This document shows, piece by piece, positions 33,284-43,921 of a stretch of 64,000 bases of DNA. Within the stretch, counting starts at the first letter, position 1. Every line of letters starts with the position of its first letter. The position numbers and the translations under genes are program-made. Under the pieces are notes generated by a model that saw only the letters and a list, made by a program, of their open reading frames with translations, did not search any database and was not told the origin of the DNA. Source of the DNA: Alphaproteobacteria bacterium (lineage in GTDB: Bacteria; Pseudomonadota; Alphaproteobacteria; UBA828); NCBI GenBank assembly GCA_965220745.1, contig CBDCQT010000012.1:868741-932740 (forward strand). Direction: 5' to 3'.

Positions 33284-34349
33284 TCGAACACTCGCGATTG
33301 GCCGCATCAGTCTGGAGGTACGTCAGGGCATCGAGTTCTGGCTGCACGGGCTGATCGTGCTCGCGTCGATCGCGGTCGGGCTCGGGATTTCCGTCCTCTT
33401 GCTCGTCGTCTCCGGTATCGACGTCTCGAACATTTTCGAGGAGTTCATCGTCTTCACGTTCTTCGATAGCGCGGGCCTCGCCGACGTATTGCTCGAGTGG
33501 GCGCCGCTAATTCTCGTCGGATTGTCGGCCGCAGTCGCCTTTCGCGTTCAGTTCTGGAATATCGGCATTGAGGGACAATTCGTGTGGGGTGCCATCGGCG
33601 CAACTGTGGTGATGATCTACGACCTTGGTCCAAGTTGGATCCAGATCTATCTGATGTTCTTGGGCGGCATTATCGGGGGCATGGCATGGATCGCCGTACC
33701 TGCATTTCTCCGATTGCGCCTGCAAGTCAACGAAATAATCTCGACGTTGCTGCTCAACTACGTTGCCGCTTTATTTGTTCTGAATCAGTTGTTCGGTGCG
33801 TGGCAGGACCCGGCGGCCGTCTATTACAAGACAGCGCAATTTGCTGATTACCAGCGCTTGTCGCTCATCGGTTGGGGGCAGATTCACGTCGGCCTGTTCA
33901 TCGCCCTGGCCGCGGCTCTCATTGTCTGGTTGGTTACCGAGAGAAGCCGTTTCGGCGCCTACATGAAGTTTGTCGGCAGCAATCCCGGCATGGCGCTGGC
34001 GTCCGGGATTCCGGTCACGCTCACCATACTCGCCGCCGTGATGCTCTCGGGCTCGCTGTCGGGGCTTGGAGGGTATCTGGTCGCGTCGGGCCAAGAGTAC
34101 GCGCTGACGATCTACGTCGCCATCGGTTACGGCTTCTCCGGCATCGTCATCGCGTTTCTCTCGCGCAACAACCCGGCGGCGGTCGTCGTCGTGTCGTTCC
34201 TGATGGCGGGGCTCTATGTCGGCGGCGAGAGCATCCAGGTCTTTTACGGTTTGCCGGAGGCCCTGATCGGGCTCATCCAGTCGATCATCGTGATCTGCGT
34301 GGTGGGCTCGGAATTCTTCGTTCGCTACCGCGTACGCTGGATGCGCTAG
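33276..34349 (+). CDS. ABC transporter permease (nucleoside type)
   Basis: WNIGIEGQ, VNEIISTLLLNY and GYGFSGI. Confidence 0.9.
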   Translation: MPSRTLAIGRISLEVRQGIEFWLHGLIVLASIAVGLGISVLLLVVSGIDVSNIFEEFIVFTFFDSAGLADVLLEWAPLILVGLSAAVAFRVQFWNIGIEGQFVWGAIGATVVMIYDLGPSWIQIYLMFLGGIIGGMAWIAVPAFLRLRLQVNEIISTLLLNYVAALFVLNQLFGAWQDPAAVYYKTAQFADYQRLSLIGWGQIHVGLFIALAAALIVWLVTERSRFGAYMKFVGSNPGMALASGIPVTLTILAAVMLSGSLSGLGGYLVASGQEYALTIYVAIGYGFSGIVIAFLSRNNPAAVVVVSFLMAGLYVGGESIQVFYGLPEALIGLIQSIIVICVVGSEFFVRYRVRWMR

Positions 34350-34351
34350 GC

Positions 34352-35281
34352 ATGGTCGAGTTCATCGTCAACTGGGTTGCGTTCACGCCGGTCTTTGCCG
34401 TGCCGCTGATGCTGGCGTCTATCGGGCTCATCATCAACGAACGCGCGGGCGTGATGAATCTCGGTGCCGAGGGGATCATGCTCGTAGGCGCCTTTGCGGG
34501 CGTGGTCGTCTACATCGAGAGCGGCAACATCCTCGCGCTCGGAACCCTCGGGGCCATCGCCGCGGGCTTCGTAGTCTCGGCCCTCTTCGCCTTCATGGTC
34601 GTGACGATGCGCCTGAATCAGGTCGTGGCGGGCATCGCCATCGTCTTCTTCGCCTCCGGTCTTACAGGCCTCATCGGCAATCCCTGGACCGAGCGCGCGG
34701 TCGAAGGCTTCACCAAGGTGGACATGGGGGTCCTCTCGACCATCCCCGTGCTCGGCAAGATCCTGTTCAGCCAGGACCCGATGGTCTATGCGAGCATTCC
34801 CATCATCTATTTCGTCTGGCGCTTTCTCCACCGCAGCATTCCGGGAATGAAGCTCCGCGCCGTCGGCGAGAACCCGCAGGCGGCGGATGCTGCCGGCGTC
34901 AGCATCGACCTCATGCGCTTCGGTGCCGTGGTCACGGGTGGTGCGCTGGTCGGGCTTGCGGGCGGTTATCTGGCGCTCGCGGCGTCGAAAATCTGGGTCG
35001 AGGACATGACCCACGGGCGCGGCTGGATCGCCGTGGCTCTGGTCATATTCGCGCGCTGGCGGCCGGGACGCGCCGTGCTGGGTGCGCTGCTGTTCGGTGG
35101 TATCGAGGCGCTGATCCCGCGCATTCAGGCGGTGGGATTGGCGGTGCCGCAATACTTGCTGCTGATGATGCCCTATCTGGTGACGCTCGCCGTCCTCACT
35201 TACGTCGGCCTCGTTTCGCGCACCGGCTCGGGCGCTCCCGGTGCGCTCGGCCTGCCTTACGTGCGCGAGGATCGGCGATAA
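34352..35281 (+). CDS. ABC transporter permease (nucleoside type)
   Basis: ERAGVMNLGAEG, RAVGENP and GRGWIAVALV; ends PYVREDRR. Confidence 0.9.
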   Translation: MVEFIVNWVAFTPVFAVPLMLASIGLIINERAGVMNLGAEGIMLVGAFAGVVVYIESGNILALGTLGAIAAGFVVSALFAFMVVTMRLNQVVAGIAIVFFASGLTGLIGNPWTERAVEGFTKVDMGVLSTIPVLGKILFSQDPMVYASIPIIYFVWRFLHRSIPGMKLRAVGENPQAADAAGVSIDLMRFGAVVTGGALVGLAGGYLALAASKIWVEDMTHGRGWIAVALVIFARWRPGRAVLGALLFGGIEALIPRIQAVGLAVPQYLLLMMPYLVTLAVLTYVGLVSRTGSGAPGALGLPYVREDRR

Positions 35282-35404
35282 GAAGCCGGCAGCCGCGCGG
35301 TCGTTCCCGCGCTCGCCTGAACTGCCTACCCAAACTGGTCGTGCAACTGAGTGGCGCCCCGCCGGCACGATGTGTAGTGCCGACGGGGCTGGGAGAGCTG
35401 CTCC

Positions 35405-36709
35405 TCAAGCGGCGAGGAAGCGGTTCCACTCCTTGATGAAGAGGGTGATGTGGCGCGGCCAGATCATCCAGTAGGCGATGTTGGACTGGCGCCGGAGCTT
35501 GGGTCCGGTGTCGCGCCCGCGCCCCTCGTACCACTTCAGCCACGCGTCCTCGGTCATGTAGTTCCGCGCGGTGTCCGGAGTGGGCGAATAGTAGCCCTGC
35601 TCGGCATCCGCCGCGCCGCGCCAGCCTTCGAGGCACCAGTCCATGTAGGCCATGGCCACTTCGGGCTGCGGCGCCTCGCTGGAAAGGCACATGCCGTAAT
35701 ACCAGGCGCCGGTGCCCTCCCAGACGTCGACATAATGACAGGGGATGCCGCGCTTCTTCACATCCTCGATCACCGGGTTCCAGCAATCGATGCCCCAGAC
35801 CTCCTCGGAGGCAAGCAGGTTCACCGCCTCGCCGTAGTTGGTCCAGAGTGCCCGGAAGACGCCGTCCTGCTTGGCGCCGATCAGGAAGTCGATGACGTTC
35901 TTGAGCTCGTCCGGCTCGAGATCGCCATAGCCCACCGTGACCGGGTCCATCTTACGGTTCTTCACGAGGTAGCTCGCGCAGCGCGGCGGGCCGATCAGGT
36001 CCTCGTTCTGGATCGAGACCTTGCCCCGCACGTCCACGTCGCGCCACTGGCCCTCGTAGAGCACGCCCAACGTGTCCGGTATGAGCCGGTCCGCCTGGGA
36101 CTCGGCGAACTTGTGCGGGAGGATGCCGAGGGCATCCATGTTGTAGATCTGCGGCAGCATCCCGAACGAGGTGCGGCTATCGTCCCAATAGACCATCGCC
36201 ACCGGCCAACCGCTGGTGTGGTCGGCGCCGACGTGGGCCGGGTCGGTGAAGAGCGTGTCCGCGAACTCCCAGTTGGTGATCTTCTCCGCCGGGATCGGCG
36301 CGATCGTCTCCGCCTCCCGGAGCGCCGGCACGCGGAAGGCGTTGGTCTCGATCATCGAGAAGGTCTCGTAGCCGCCGGTGATCCACTTCTGGACCGAATC
36401 TGCGAGGCTCGCGACCTGGCCGGTCACCTGGAGGCCGCCACTCATTTCCTCGAACTGCTTGAAGAAGCGCTCCTGCGCCGAGACCCCGGTGCCGATGAGC
36501 TGCATCGGCTCGTCCTGGGTGATGCCGGCGACCCGGTCCGAGAAAGCGGCCTCGGCCTCGCTTGCGGCGAGGCCCGCAGCCGCAACCACGGCGGTCGCAC
36601 CCGCCGCCGCCATGAACTCGCGCCGGTCGAGCCCGGCTGCGGTACGCGAGCGTGTCTCTGCGTCGTCGCAGAACTTCTCGTGTCTCTTGTCAAGGTGTCC
36701 GCTGTCCAT
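35405..36709 (-). CDS. Tat-exported PotD/PotF-like substrate-binding protein (copy 1)
   Basis: Twin-arginine signal DRREFMAAAG...AEA; AVNLLASEEV; clear paralog of 45614..46972. Confidence 0.8.
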   Translation of the reverse strand: MDSGHLDKRHEKFCDDAETRSRTAAGLDRREFMAAAGATAVVAAAGLAASEAEAAFSDRVAGITQDEPMQLIGTGVSAQERFFKQFEEMSGGLQVTGQVASLADSVQKWITGGYETFSMIETNAFRVPALREAETIAPIPAEKITNWEFADTLFTDPAHVGADHTSGWPVAMVYWDDSRTSFGMLPQIYNMDALGILPHKFAESQADRLIPDTLGVLYEGQWRDVDVRGKVSIQNEDLIGPPRCASYLVKNRKMDPVTVGYGDLEPDELKNVIDFLIGAKQDGVFRALWTNYGEAVNLLASEEVWGIDCWNPVIEDVKKRGIPCHYVDVWEGTGAWYYGMCLSSEAPQPEVAMAYMDWCLEGWRGAADAEQGYYSPTPDTARNYMTEDAWLKWYEGRGRDTGPKLRRQSNIAYWMIWPRHITLFIKEWNRFLAA

Positions 36710-36772
36710 CTCTGCCTCCCTTTGCCTCCCTGGTGCGGTGGCGCCGCCCGGCCGGTGCCGGGCAGCCGGTGG

Positions 36773-37531
36773 TTACTCGGCTGCGGCCCTGCCGGCCGGA
36801 GCCTCGGTGCTGAATGGATGCAGCATCCCGGTGAAGGATTTCTGCTCTGGGAACCTGTAGGTCTTGTACTTGCTGGTCTTGCGCCCGATCTCGACGATGG
36901 CCTCGGCCATCTTGGTGGCGCACACCACGCCGTCGAGCACCGGAATGCCGAGCTCGGCTTCGAGCCCGTCGGCGAACTCCGCGAAGCCGGCGCAGCCCAA
37001 GCAGATCGCCTCGGCGTCGTCCTCGTCGCGGGCGCGATAGCATTCCTGCCGGAGCTTCTCGAGCGAGCCCTCGTAGTCCCGCTCCACGTCGAGCACATAG
37101 ACCGGCGAGGTGCGCACGCTCACCCTGTGGCTCAAACCGTAGCCCGCGACCATGTCCTCGACCGGCACGCGGAAGCGCGGGATGATGGTCACGATCGCGA
37201 CCCGCGCCGCGAGCTGGCAGGCCAGGTAGAGCGAAGCTTCGGCAATCCCGATCACCGGCTTGTCGGTCATCTCGCGCGCGGCGTGCAGGCCGGGGTCGCC
37301 GTAGCAGGCGATGATGTAGGCGTCGAAGCCCTGCTGGTCGCCCTTGCGGATCTCGTTGAGGATGCCCGGCACGCACAGATATTCGTCGTAGAAGGATTCG
37401 ATCGAGGCCGGCGCGTAGTCCGGAGTCACCGCCACGACCTCGGTGCCCTCCCGCGCGACCGAGCGGCCGGCCACGGCATCGGCGTCGGTCATGTCCTGCG
37501 ACGAGTTGGGATTGATGATCATGATCTTCAT
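36773..37531 (-). CDS. Asp/Glu/hydantoin racemase family (allantoin/hydantoin racemase-like)
   Basis: INPNSS; IACYGDPG and LGCAG catalytic Cys pair; PVLDGV. Confidence 0.9.
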   Translation of the reverse strand: MKIMIINPNSSQDMTDADAVAGRSVAREGTEVVAVTPDYAPASIESFYDEYLCVPGILNEIRKGDQQGFDAYIIACYGDPGLHAAREMTDKPVIGIAEASLYLACQLAARVAIVTIIPRFRVPVEDMVAGYGLSHRVSVRTSPVYVLDVERDYEGSLEKLRQECYRARDEDDAEAICLGCAGFAEFADGLEAELGIPVLDGVVCATKMAEAIVEIGRKTSKYKTYRFPEQKSFTGMLHPFSTEAPAGRAAAE

Positions 37532-37656
37532 GAAGGGTGCCTCCCCATAGAAGCCGGGGCCCTCAGCGGCCCACGCGGCCTAATCCTTGCCGGAAGCGTA
37601 CATCCGCGCCCGCGCCCGAGTCCACAATTGGTCCAACCTCGCCTCCCGGCTCTCGC

Positions 37657-38793
37657 TCAGTAGCCGCACCAGCTGCGGGCGAGGATCTCGTAAACCTCCG
37701 CCGCCTGCTCGACGTGCGCGACAGGGCAGTACTCGTCCGTCTGGTGCGCCATGTGCATCTCGCCCGGCCCGAGGATTACGGTCGGCGGGCGGCCGTAGGC
37801 CGGCGTCAGCGCCGAGGCGTCGGTGAAGTAGGGCGCGCCGCGCGGCTCGATCTTCTCGCCGAGAACCCGCTCCATCACCGCGTAGATCTCCTGCATCCAC
37901 GGATGGGTGTGCGGGGTGTGCACGCCGCCGCAGTCGACGACCCGGGCGATCTTGTTTTCATCGCCCAGGTATCCTTCCAGGCCTGAGAAGATCTCCGCGT
38001 GGTTCTGGTCGGGCAGCGTCCTGATATCGATGGTGAACTCGGCGTGATCGGGCACGGAGTTGAGGTTGAGCCCGCCCTGCATGGTGCCGACGTTAAGGGT
38101 CGATCGGCCCAGCAGCTCGTGGGGCATCACGTTGAAATCGAACTCCTCCAGCTTGGTCACCGAGCGCGCCGCCTTGTAGATCGCGTTGTCGCCGTGCTCC
38201 GGCATCGAGCCGTGGGAGGTGATGCCTTCGGTCTCCACCTTCAGCCAGAGCGCGCCCTTGTGGCCGAGGATCGGATAGTTCGAGGTCGGCTCGGCGATGA
38301 CGATGGCGCCGGCCTCGCCCAGCGCGCCGATCTCGGCCAAGTGGTAGGAGCCCTCGCAGCCGGTCTCCTCGCCAGCGCAGATCGCCATCACCATGTCCGC
38401 CGACCCGCGCGTCTCCTCGGCCGCGAGCTTCAGCGCCACGTGGACGAAGGCGGAGATGCCGGCCTTCATGTCCGTGGTGCCGCGGCCAAAGAGCTTGCCG
38501 TCCACGATGTCGGCGCCGAAGGGGTCGATCGACCATTCCTTGGCACCGAGCGGCACCACGTCGATATGCCCGCCGAAGCAGAGCGGCTTCTTGCCGTTCC
38601 CGCCTTCGCCCCGCAGCACCGCGACCAGGCTCGTCCGCTCCGGCGCAAACTCGTGGTAGGAGACCTCGATCCCCGCCGCGCTCAGCAGGTCGCCCAGGTA
38701 GTGCGCGCACTCGACCTCGCGGCCCGGAGGATTGCGGGTATCCATGCGGACGATGTCCCTGGTTATCTCCAGGGCGGACGGGATGGACGACAT
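37657..38793 (-). CDS. M20-family metallo-amidohydrolase (ArgE/DapE-like)
   Basis: GHIDVVP, GRGTTDMK, GEE, IAEPT and AHQTDE. Confidence 0.9.
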   Translation of the reverse strand: MSSIPSALEITRDIVRMDTRNPPGREVECAHYLGDLLSAAGIEVSYHEFAPERTSLVAVLRGEGGNGKKPLCFGGHIDVVPLGAKEWSIDPFGADIVDGKLFGRGTTDMKAGISAFVHVALKLAAEETRGSADMVMAICAGEETGCEGSYHLAEIGALGEAGAIVIAEPTSNYPILGHKGALWLKVETEGITSHGSMPEHGDNAIYKAARSVTKLEEFDFNVMPHELLGRSTLNVGTMQGGLNLNSVPDHAEFTIDIRTLPDQNHAEIFSGLEGYLGDENKIARVVDCGGVHTPHTHPWMQEIYAVMERVLGEKIEPRGAPYFTDASALTPAYGRPPTVILGPGEMHMAHQTDEYCPVAHVEQAAEVYEILARSWCGY

Positions 38794-38997
38794 GGACTGG
38801 GCTCCTTCTCCCCGGCGGCTATATGTCGCCAGTATGGCCACGCGGAAGCAGAGGGTCCAGATCGGCCGGCGCGCTAACGGCGGTGCCTAAACCGACTGCT
38901 TGGCGACGATGAACTGGCAGGGCCCGTTTGTGCTAGTTTCCGTGCGTTTCGATGGAAGCCCAGCACGAACGCGGGCCGAGTAGGCAGGGGGCGGACC

Positions 38998-39993
38998 ATG
39001 GCGCGAATCGTACGATTCCACGAGACCGGCGGGCCCGACGTGCTGCGCCTCGACGAGGTGCCGGAGGTCGATCCCGGCCACGGCGAGGTCCGCATCAGGG
39101 TCGAGGCGATCGGCCTCAACCGGGCGGAGGTCATGCTGCGCGAGGGTATCTACCACGAGCAGCCGGTCTTCCCCTCCCGCATCGGCTACGAGGCCGCTGG
39201 CGTGGTCGAGGCCGTGGGTGAGGGGGTGACGAGCGTCAAGGAGGGCGACCGCATCGCCACGGTTCCCTCATTTGCGCTCTCCCAGACCCGCCAGGGCGTC
39301 TATGGCGAGAGCGCTACCGTGCCGGCGGAGATCGCCGAGCCTTACCCCGCGGGGCTATCGCCGGCCCAGGGCGCGACCCTCTGGATGGCCTACCTCACGG
39401 CCTATGGCGCGCTCGTGCACTATGGCGCTCTCGGCCCAGGCGACGCCGCGATCATTACCGCGGCGAGCAGCAGCGTCGGCCTCGCCGCGATCCAAATCGC
39501 GAAGGAGCGCGGCGCCACCGTGATCGCGACCACCCGGACCTCCGCCAAGAGGGATGCGCTCTTAGGCCTGGGCGCCGATCACGTCGTGGCGACCGAGGAG
39601 GAGGACCTGCCCGCGCGGGCCATGGAGATCACCGGCGACGCCGGCGCCCGTGTGATCTTCGATCCGATCGCGGGGCCGCTACTGACCACGCTCTGCGGCG
39701 CCTGCGCGCCCTACGGCACCATCTACGAATATGGCGCGCTCTATCCCGGCGAGACCGTCTATCCGCTCATGCCGATGCTGGCGAAGTCGCTCACCATCAC
39801 GGGCTACCAGGTGCTCGACTTCGTGCGCAACGAGGCGCGCTTCGCGGCCGGGCGGGACTACCTCTTCGCCGGCCTCGAAAGCGGCGCGCTGACACCCGTG
39901 ATCGACCGCGAGTTCCCGCTGGAGCAGATTATGGCTGCCCACCGCCACATGGAATCCAACACCCAATGCGGCAAGATCGTGGTGACGGTATGA
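38998..39993 (+). CDS. MDR-family (quinone oxidoreductase-like) NADPH oxidoreductase
   Basis: GGPDVL, AIGLNRAE, GYEAAG, TAASSSVGLAA and GKIVV. Confidence 0.88.
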   Translation: MARIVRFHETGGPDVLRLDEVPEVDPGHGEVRIRVEAIGLNRAEVMLREGIYHEQPVFPSRIGYEAAGVVEAVGEGVTSVKEGDRIATVPSFALSQTRQGVYGESATVPAEIAEPYPAGLSPAQGATLWMAYLTAYGALVHYGALGPGDAAIITAASSSVGLAAIQIAKERGATVIATTRTSAKRDALLGLGADHVVATEEEDLPARAMEITGDAGARVIFDPIAGPLLTTLCGACAPYGTIYEYGALYPGETVYPLMPMLAKSLTITGYQVLDFVRNEARFAAGRDYLFAGLESGALTPVIDREFPLEQIMAAHRHMESNTQCGKIVVTV

Positions 39994-40086
39994 CCGCGGG
40001 CGCATCCCGCGTTGACCGGACTTCCGTGGCGGTGAGAGACTGTGCGCGCCTGGGGGCGTCGCGAAGCCCCCGTGGAGGATGAGACG

Positions 40087-41847
40087 ATGGCAAGCAGCAC
40101 GAACGGACGCAATGGCGGTGGTTTCGAGACCGACGTGGTGACCCGCGAAATCGTGCGCGGCAAGCTGCTGGCGGTGGCGGACGAGATGGGCGTGGTGCTC
40201 GCGCGCAGCAGCATGAGCCCGGTGATCTACGAGGTGCTCGACTTCGCCTGCGGCTTCTGCGACGCGGACGGCGAGCTCGTGTCCCAAACCAACGGGATCA
40301 CCGTCTTCACCGGGACCTTCTCGATCCAGGTCAACATCATCAAGGAGAAGTTCGGCGACCGCATCCGGCCGGGCGACATCTACATGCTCAACGACCCCTA
40401 CCACGGGGGCACCCACTACAACGACGTGGGCGTGGTCAAGCCGGTCTTCGTGGACGGCGAGCTGTTCGCCTTCGCCATCTCGATCTCGCACTGGACCGAC
40501 ATCGGCGGCAAGGCGCCGGGCTCGCTGCCGGCGGATGCGACTGAGGTGTTCCAGGAGGGCATCTGCTTCCCCGGCATCCACATCTACAAGGAGGGCGAGC
40601 GCCAGGACGCCATCGTCGAGATGGTGGCGGCCAACGTGCGGCTGCCGAAGATGGCGCTGGGCGATCTCAACGCCGCGCTGGCCTCGGTCCGCATCGCCGA
40701 GAATCGCTGTCTCGAGCTTTGCGAGAAGTACGGCAAGCAGGCGGTCTCGGAGACCTTCCGCCACATCCTCGAGACCAGCGAGCGGGTGAGCCGCGAGGCC
40801 GTCGCCGCGCTGCCCGACGGCACCTATGAGGCCGAGGACTGGATCGATGGCGACGGCATCACCGAAGAGCGTTTTCGCACCAAGGTGGCGGTCACCATCG
40901 ACGGCGATGACATTACCGTCGACTACACGGGTTCCTGCGAGCAGCTCCAGGGGCCGGTCAACTGCTCGCGGTCGGCGCTGGTCTCCGCGGTGAAGACGGT
41001 CTTCAAGGCGATCGTCGATCCCCAGTCGCCCTCCAACGAGGGCTGGTTCAGGCCGCTCAAGGTGGAGGCGCCGGACGGCACGGTGTTCACCGCGACCAAG
41101 CCTGCGCCGGTCGGCTGGTACTACGAGGGCACCGGCCAGGCCTCGGAACTCGCGTGGAAGGCACTCGCCCCCATCGCGCCCAAGCGGGTCAGCATGGGCA
41201 GCGCCAACAGCCTCTGCGTGACCGTGCTGGGCGGCCACGACCGTGCCAAGGGCGAGCCTTGGGTGATGATCGAGCCGAGCATGGTCGGCTGGGGCGCCAC
41301 CGACGAGCGCGACGGCAACTGCGTGACCAGCGCCATCACCAACGGCGACACCTTCAACTATTCCATCGAGCTTCTGGAGGCGAAGTTCCCGGTGCGGGTC
41401 AACCAGTACGCGCTCAACACGCCGGGCGGCGTCGGCGCCGGCCGCCACCGGGGCGGCTACGGCTCGATCCGCGAATACGAGATTCTGACCGACGACGCGG
41501 TGCTCTCGGCAAGCTACGGTCGCTCGATCGAAAAGCCGTGGGCGCAGGAGGGCGGCGACGAGGGCTCCTGCAACTACTTCGAGCTCCACGTCGGCAACGA
41601 CGCCCGCCGGGCGGCGCGGGCGCCGACCACCATCATGAAGCGGGGCGACATCATCCGCATGTTCACCGGCGGGGGCGGCGGCTACGGCGATCCCTTCGAA
41701 CGGCCCGCCGAGGAAGTGCTTGCGGAAGTCCGCGCGGACTACATCTCCGCCAAGCGCGCCCGTGAGGACTACGGGGTCGTCCTCGCGGCGGGCGGCCGCG
41801 CGGTGGACGAGGAAGCGACCGCCAAGCTGCGCACCGCAGCCGCCTAG
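40087..41847 (+). CDS. hydantoinase B/oxoprolinase-family subunit (second)
   Basis: ARSSMSPVI, NDPYHGGTHYND, HWTDIGG and GGGGGYGDP. Confidence 0.92.
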   Translation: MASSTNGRNGGGFETDVVTREIVRGKLLAVADEMGVVLARSSMSPVIYEVLDFACGFCDADGELVSQTNGITVFTGTFSIQVNIIKEKFGDRIRPGDIYMLNDPYHGGTHYNDVGVVKPVFVDGELFAFAISISHWTDIGGKAPGSLPADATEVFQEGICFPGIHIYKEGERQDAIVEMVAANVRLPKMALGDLNAALASVRIAENRCLELCEKYGKQAVSETFRHILETSERVSREAVAALPDGTYEAEDWIDGDGITEERFRTKVAVTIDGDDITVDYTGSCEQLQGPVNCSRSALVSAVKTVFKAIVDPQSPSNEGWFRPLKVEAPDGTVFTATKPAPVGWYYEGTGQASELAWKALAPIAPKRVSMGSANSLCVTVLGGHDRAKGEPWVMIEPSMVGWGATDERDGNCVTSAITNGDTFNYSIELLEAKFPVRVNQYALNTPGGVGAGRHRGGYGSIREYEILTDDAVLSASYGRSIEKPWAQEGGDEGSCNYFELHVGNDARRAARAPTTIMKRGDIIRMFTGGGGGYGDPFERPAEEVLAEVRADYISAKRAREDYGVVLAAGGRAVDEEATAKLRTAAA

Positions 41848-41861
41848 CGCGCGGGTCGATC

Positions 41862-43907
41862 ATGGGCCGGCTCGCGTCCGACATCGGTGGCACCTTCACC
41901 GATCTGGTCTACTTCGACGATGCCCAGGGCTCGCTGCGCACCGCGAAATCCCTCACCACGCCGGGCGACCTGACCCAGGGCGTCATCGACACCGTCGAGC
42001 TCTCGGGTCTCGCACCCGGCGAGGTGGACTTCTTCGTCCACGGCGGGACCACGGTCATCAACGCGATTACCGAGCGCAAGGGCGCCCGGACCGCACTGGT
42101 CACCACCGCCGGCTTCCGCGACGTGCTGGAGATCCAGCGCGGCAACCGGCCGGACCTCTACAACCTGCGCTTCGAGAAGGAGCGCCCCTTCGTGCCCCGC
42201 CTCCTGCGCTTCGAGGTTCGCGAGCGGGTCGACGCGGCGGGCACCGTGCTCCGGCCGCTGGAGAAATCGGACCTCGACCTCGTCGTCGCGCGCTGCCGGG
42301 AGGAGGGGGTCGAGGCAATCGCGATCCAGTTCCTCCACAGCTACGTGGCGCCCCGGCACGAGGCCGAGGTGGCGGCCTATCTGCGCGAGCGCCTGCCGGA
42401 CGTGAGCATCACCGCCTCCCACGAGATCACCCGCGAGTGGCGCGAATACGAGCGCGCCAACACGGCGGTGCTCAACGCCTACGTCCAGCCCATCGTGCAG
42501 ACCTACTTCGGCCGCCTGGAGGAGGCGCTGGGCGGTGCCGACATCCGCTGCGCCTACGCCGCCATGCAGTCCAACGGCGGCACCACCAGCTTCTCCTGGG
42601 CCAAGGAGCACCCCATCACGCTGATGGAATCGGGGCCGGCGGCGGGCTGCAACGGCGCCGCCATCGTGGGTGACCTCTGCGACGAGCCCAGGGTGATCTA
42701 TCTCGATATCGGCGGCACCACCGCCAAGTGCACCACCATCGAGGACGGCGCACCGAAGGTGACCACCGAGTACCGGCTGGAGTACAGCCGCACCCAGTTC
42801 GGCTATCCGCTGCGCGTGCCCGTCGTGGACATCGTGGAGATCGGGGCCGGCGGCGGTTCCATCGCCTGGTTCGACAAGGCTGGGCTCCTGAAGGTGGGGC
42901 CGGTCTCGGCCGGCGCCGATCCGGGGCCCGCGTGCTACGGCCGGGGCGGCACCGAGCCCACCGTGACCGACGCCAAGCTCATCACCGGCGTCATCAACGC
43001 CACCAACTTCGCCGGCGGGCAGTTCGACCTCGACGAAGGCAAGGCCCGCGCCGCCATGGAGAAGATCGCGAGCGGCCTCGGCACCGACGTGGTGGAGGCG
43101 GCGGTCGCGGTGATCCGCACGGTGGAAGCCAACATGATCAACGCGCTGAAGCTGGTCTCGATCCAGCGGGGCCACGATCCGCGCGACTTCGCGCTGGTGG
43201 TGGGCGGCGGCGGCGGGCCCATGCACGGCGCGCCGCTCGGCCGCGAGCTCGGCGTGAAGGAGGTCATCGTGCCGCTCTACCCCGGCCTCTTCTCCGCCTG
43301 GGGGATGCTCGCCACCGAGCCCCGGCGCGACTTCATGCAGACCGTGCTGCGCCGCGCCGAGGAGGTGGAGGCGGGCGACGTGCGCGCGGTCTTCGCTGGT
43401 CTCAGGGAGGAGGCGGAGCGCTATTACCAGACCGACGCCCACATGGGGGAGGCGGAGATCGCCTACGAAGGCCGCATCGACCTGCGCTATCTCGGGCAGG
43501 AGCACCCGGTGACCGTGCTCGTGGACATCGAGACCGCCGAGGTCGAGGCCATTCTCGCGGCCTTCCACGACGCGCATGAGAAGACCTACACCTTCCGCCT
43601 CGACGACACCCCGGTCGAGTTCGTGACCTACCGGCTCACCGCGTCCGCCAAGGTGCCGCGGCCGGAGATGACGAGGCTGGCTGCGGACGGGCGCTCGATC
43701 GAGGCCGCGGCGCGGCCCGCGCGCACGGCCGACTTCGCGGAGGACGGGCGCCACGAGGCTGCGGTCTACGAGCGCGACCGGCTGCCTGCCGGTGCTGAAC
43801 TGACCGGGCCGCTGATTGTCGAGGAGGCCACCGCCACCACGCTCGTGCACCCCGGCCAGACGCTCCGGGTCGACGACTACGGCTTCCTGCGCATCACCGA
43901 TGCCTGA
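41862..43907 (+). CDS. hydantoinase A/oxoprolinase-family subunit (second)
   Basis: DIGGTFTD, HGGTTVIN, ESGPAAG and SAGADPGP. Confidence 0.93.
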   Translation: MGRLASDIGGTFTDLVYFDDAQGSLRTAKSLTTPGDLTQGVIDTVELSGLAPGEVDFFVHGGTTVINAITERKGARTALVTTAGFRDVLEIQRGNRPDLYNLRFEKERPFVPRLLRFEVRERVDAAGTVLRPLEKSDLDLVVARCREEGVEAIAIQFLHSYVAPRHEAEVAAYLRERLPDVSITASHEITREWREYERANTAVLNAYVQPIVQTYFGRLEEALGGADIRCAYAAMQSNGGTTSFSWAKEHPITLMESGPAAGCNGAAIVGDLCDEPRVIYLDIGGTTAKCTTIEDGAPKVTTEYRLEYSRTQFGYPLRVPVVDIVEIGAGGGSIAWFDKAGLLKVGPVSAGADPGPACYGRGGTEPTVTDAKLITGVINATNFAGGQFDLDEGKARAAMEKIASGLGTDVVEAAVAVIRTVEANMINALKLVSIQRGHDPRDFALVVGGGGGPMHGAPLGRELGVKEVIVPLYPGLFSAWGMLATEPRRDFMQTVLRRAEEVEAGDVRAVFAGLREEAERYYQTDAHMGEAEIAYEGRIDLRYLGQEHPVTVLVDIETAEVEAILAAFHDAHEKTYTFRLDDTPVEFVTYRLTASAKVPRPEMTRLAADGRSIEAAARPARTADFAEDGRHEAAVYERDRLPAGAELTGPLIVEEATATTLVHPGQTLRVDDYGFLRITDA

Positions 43908-43921
43908 GCAACTAAGTCGGC

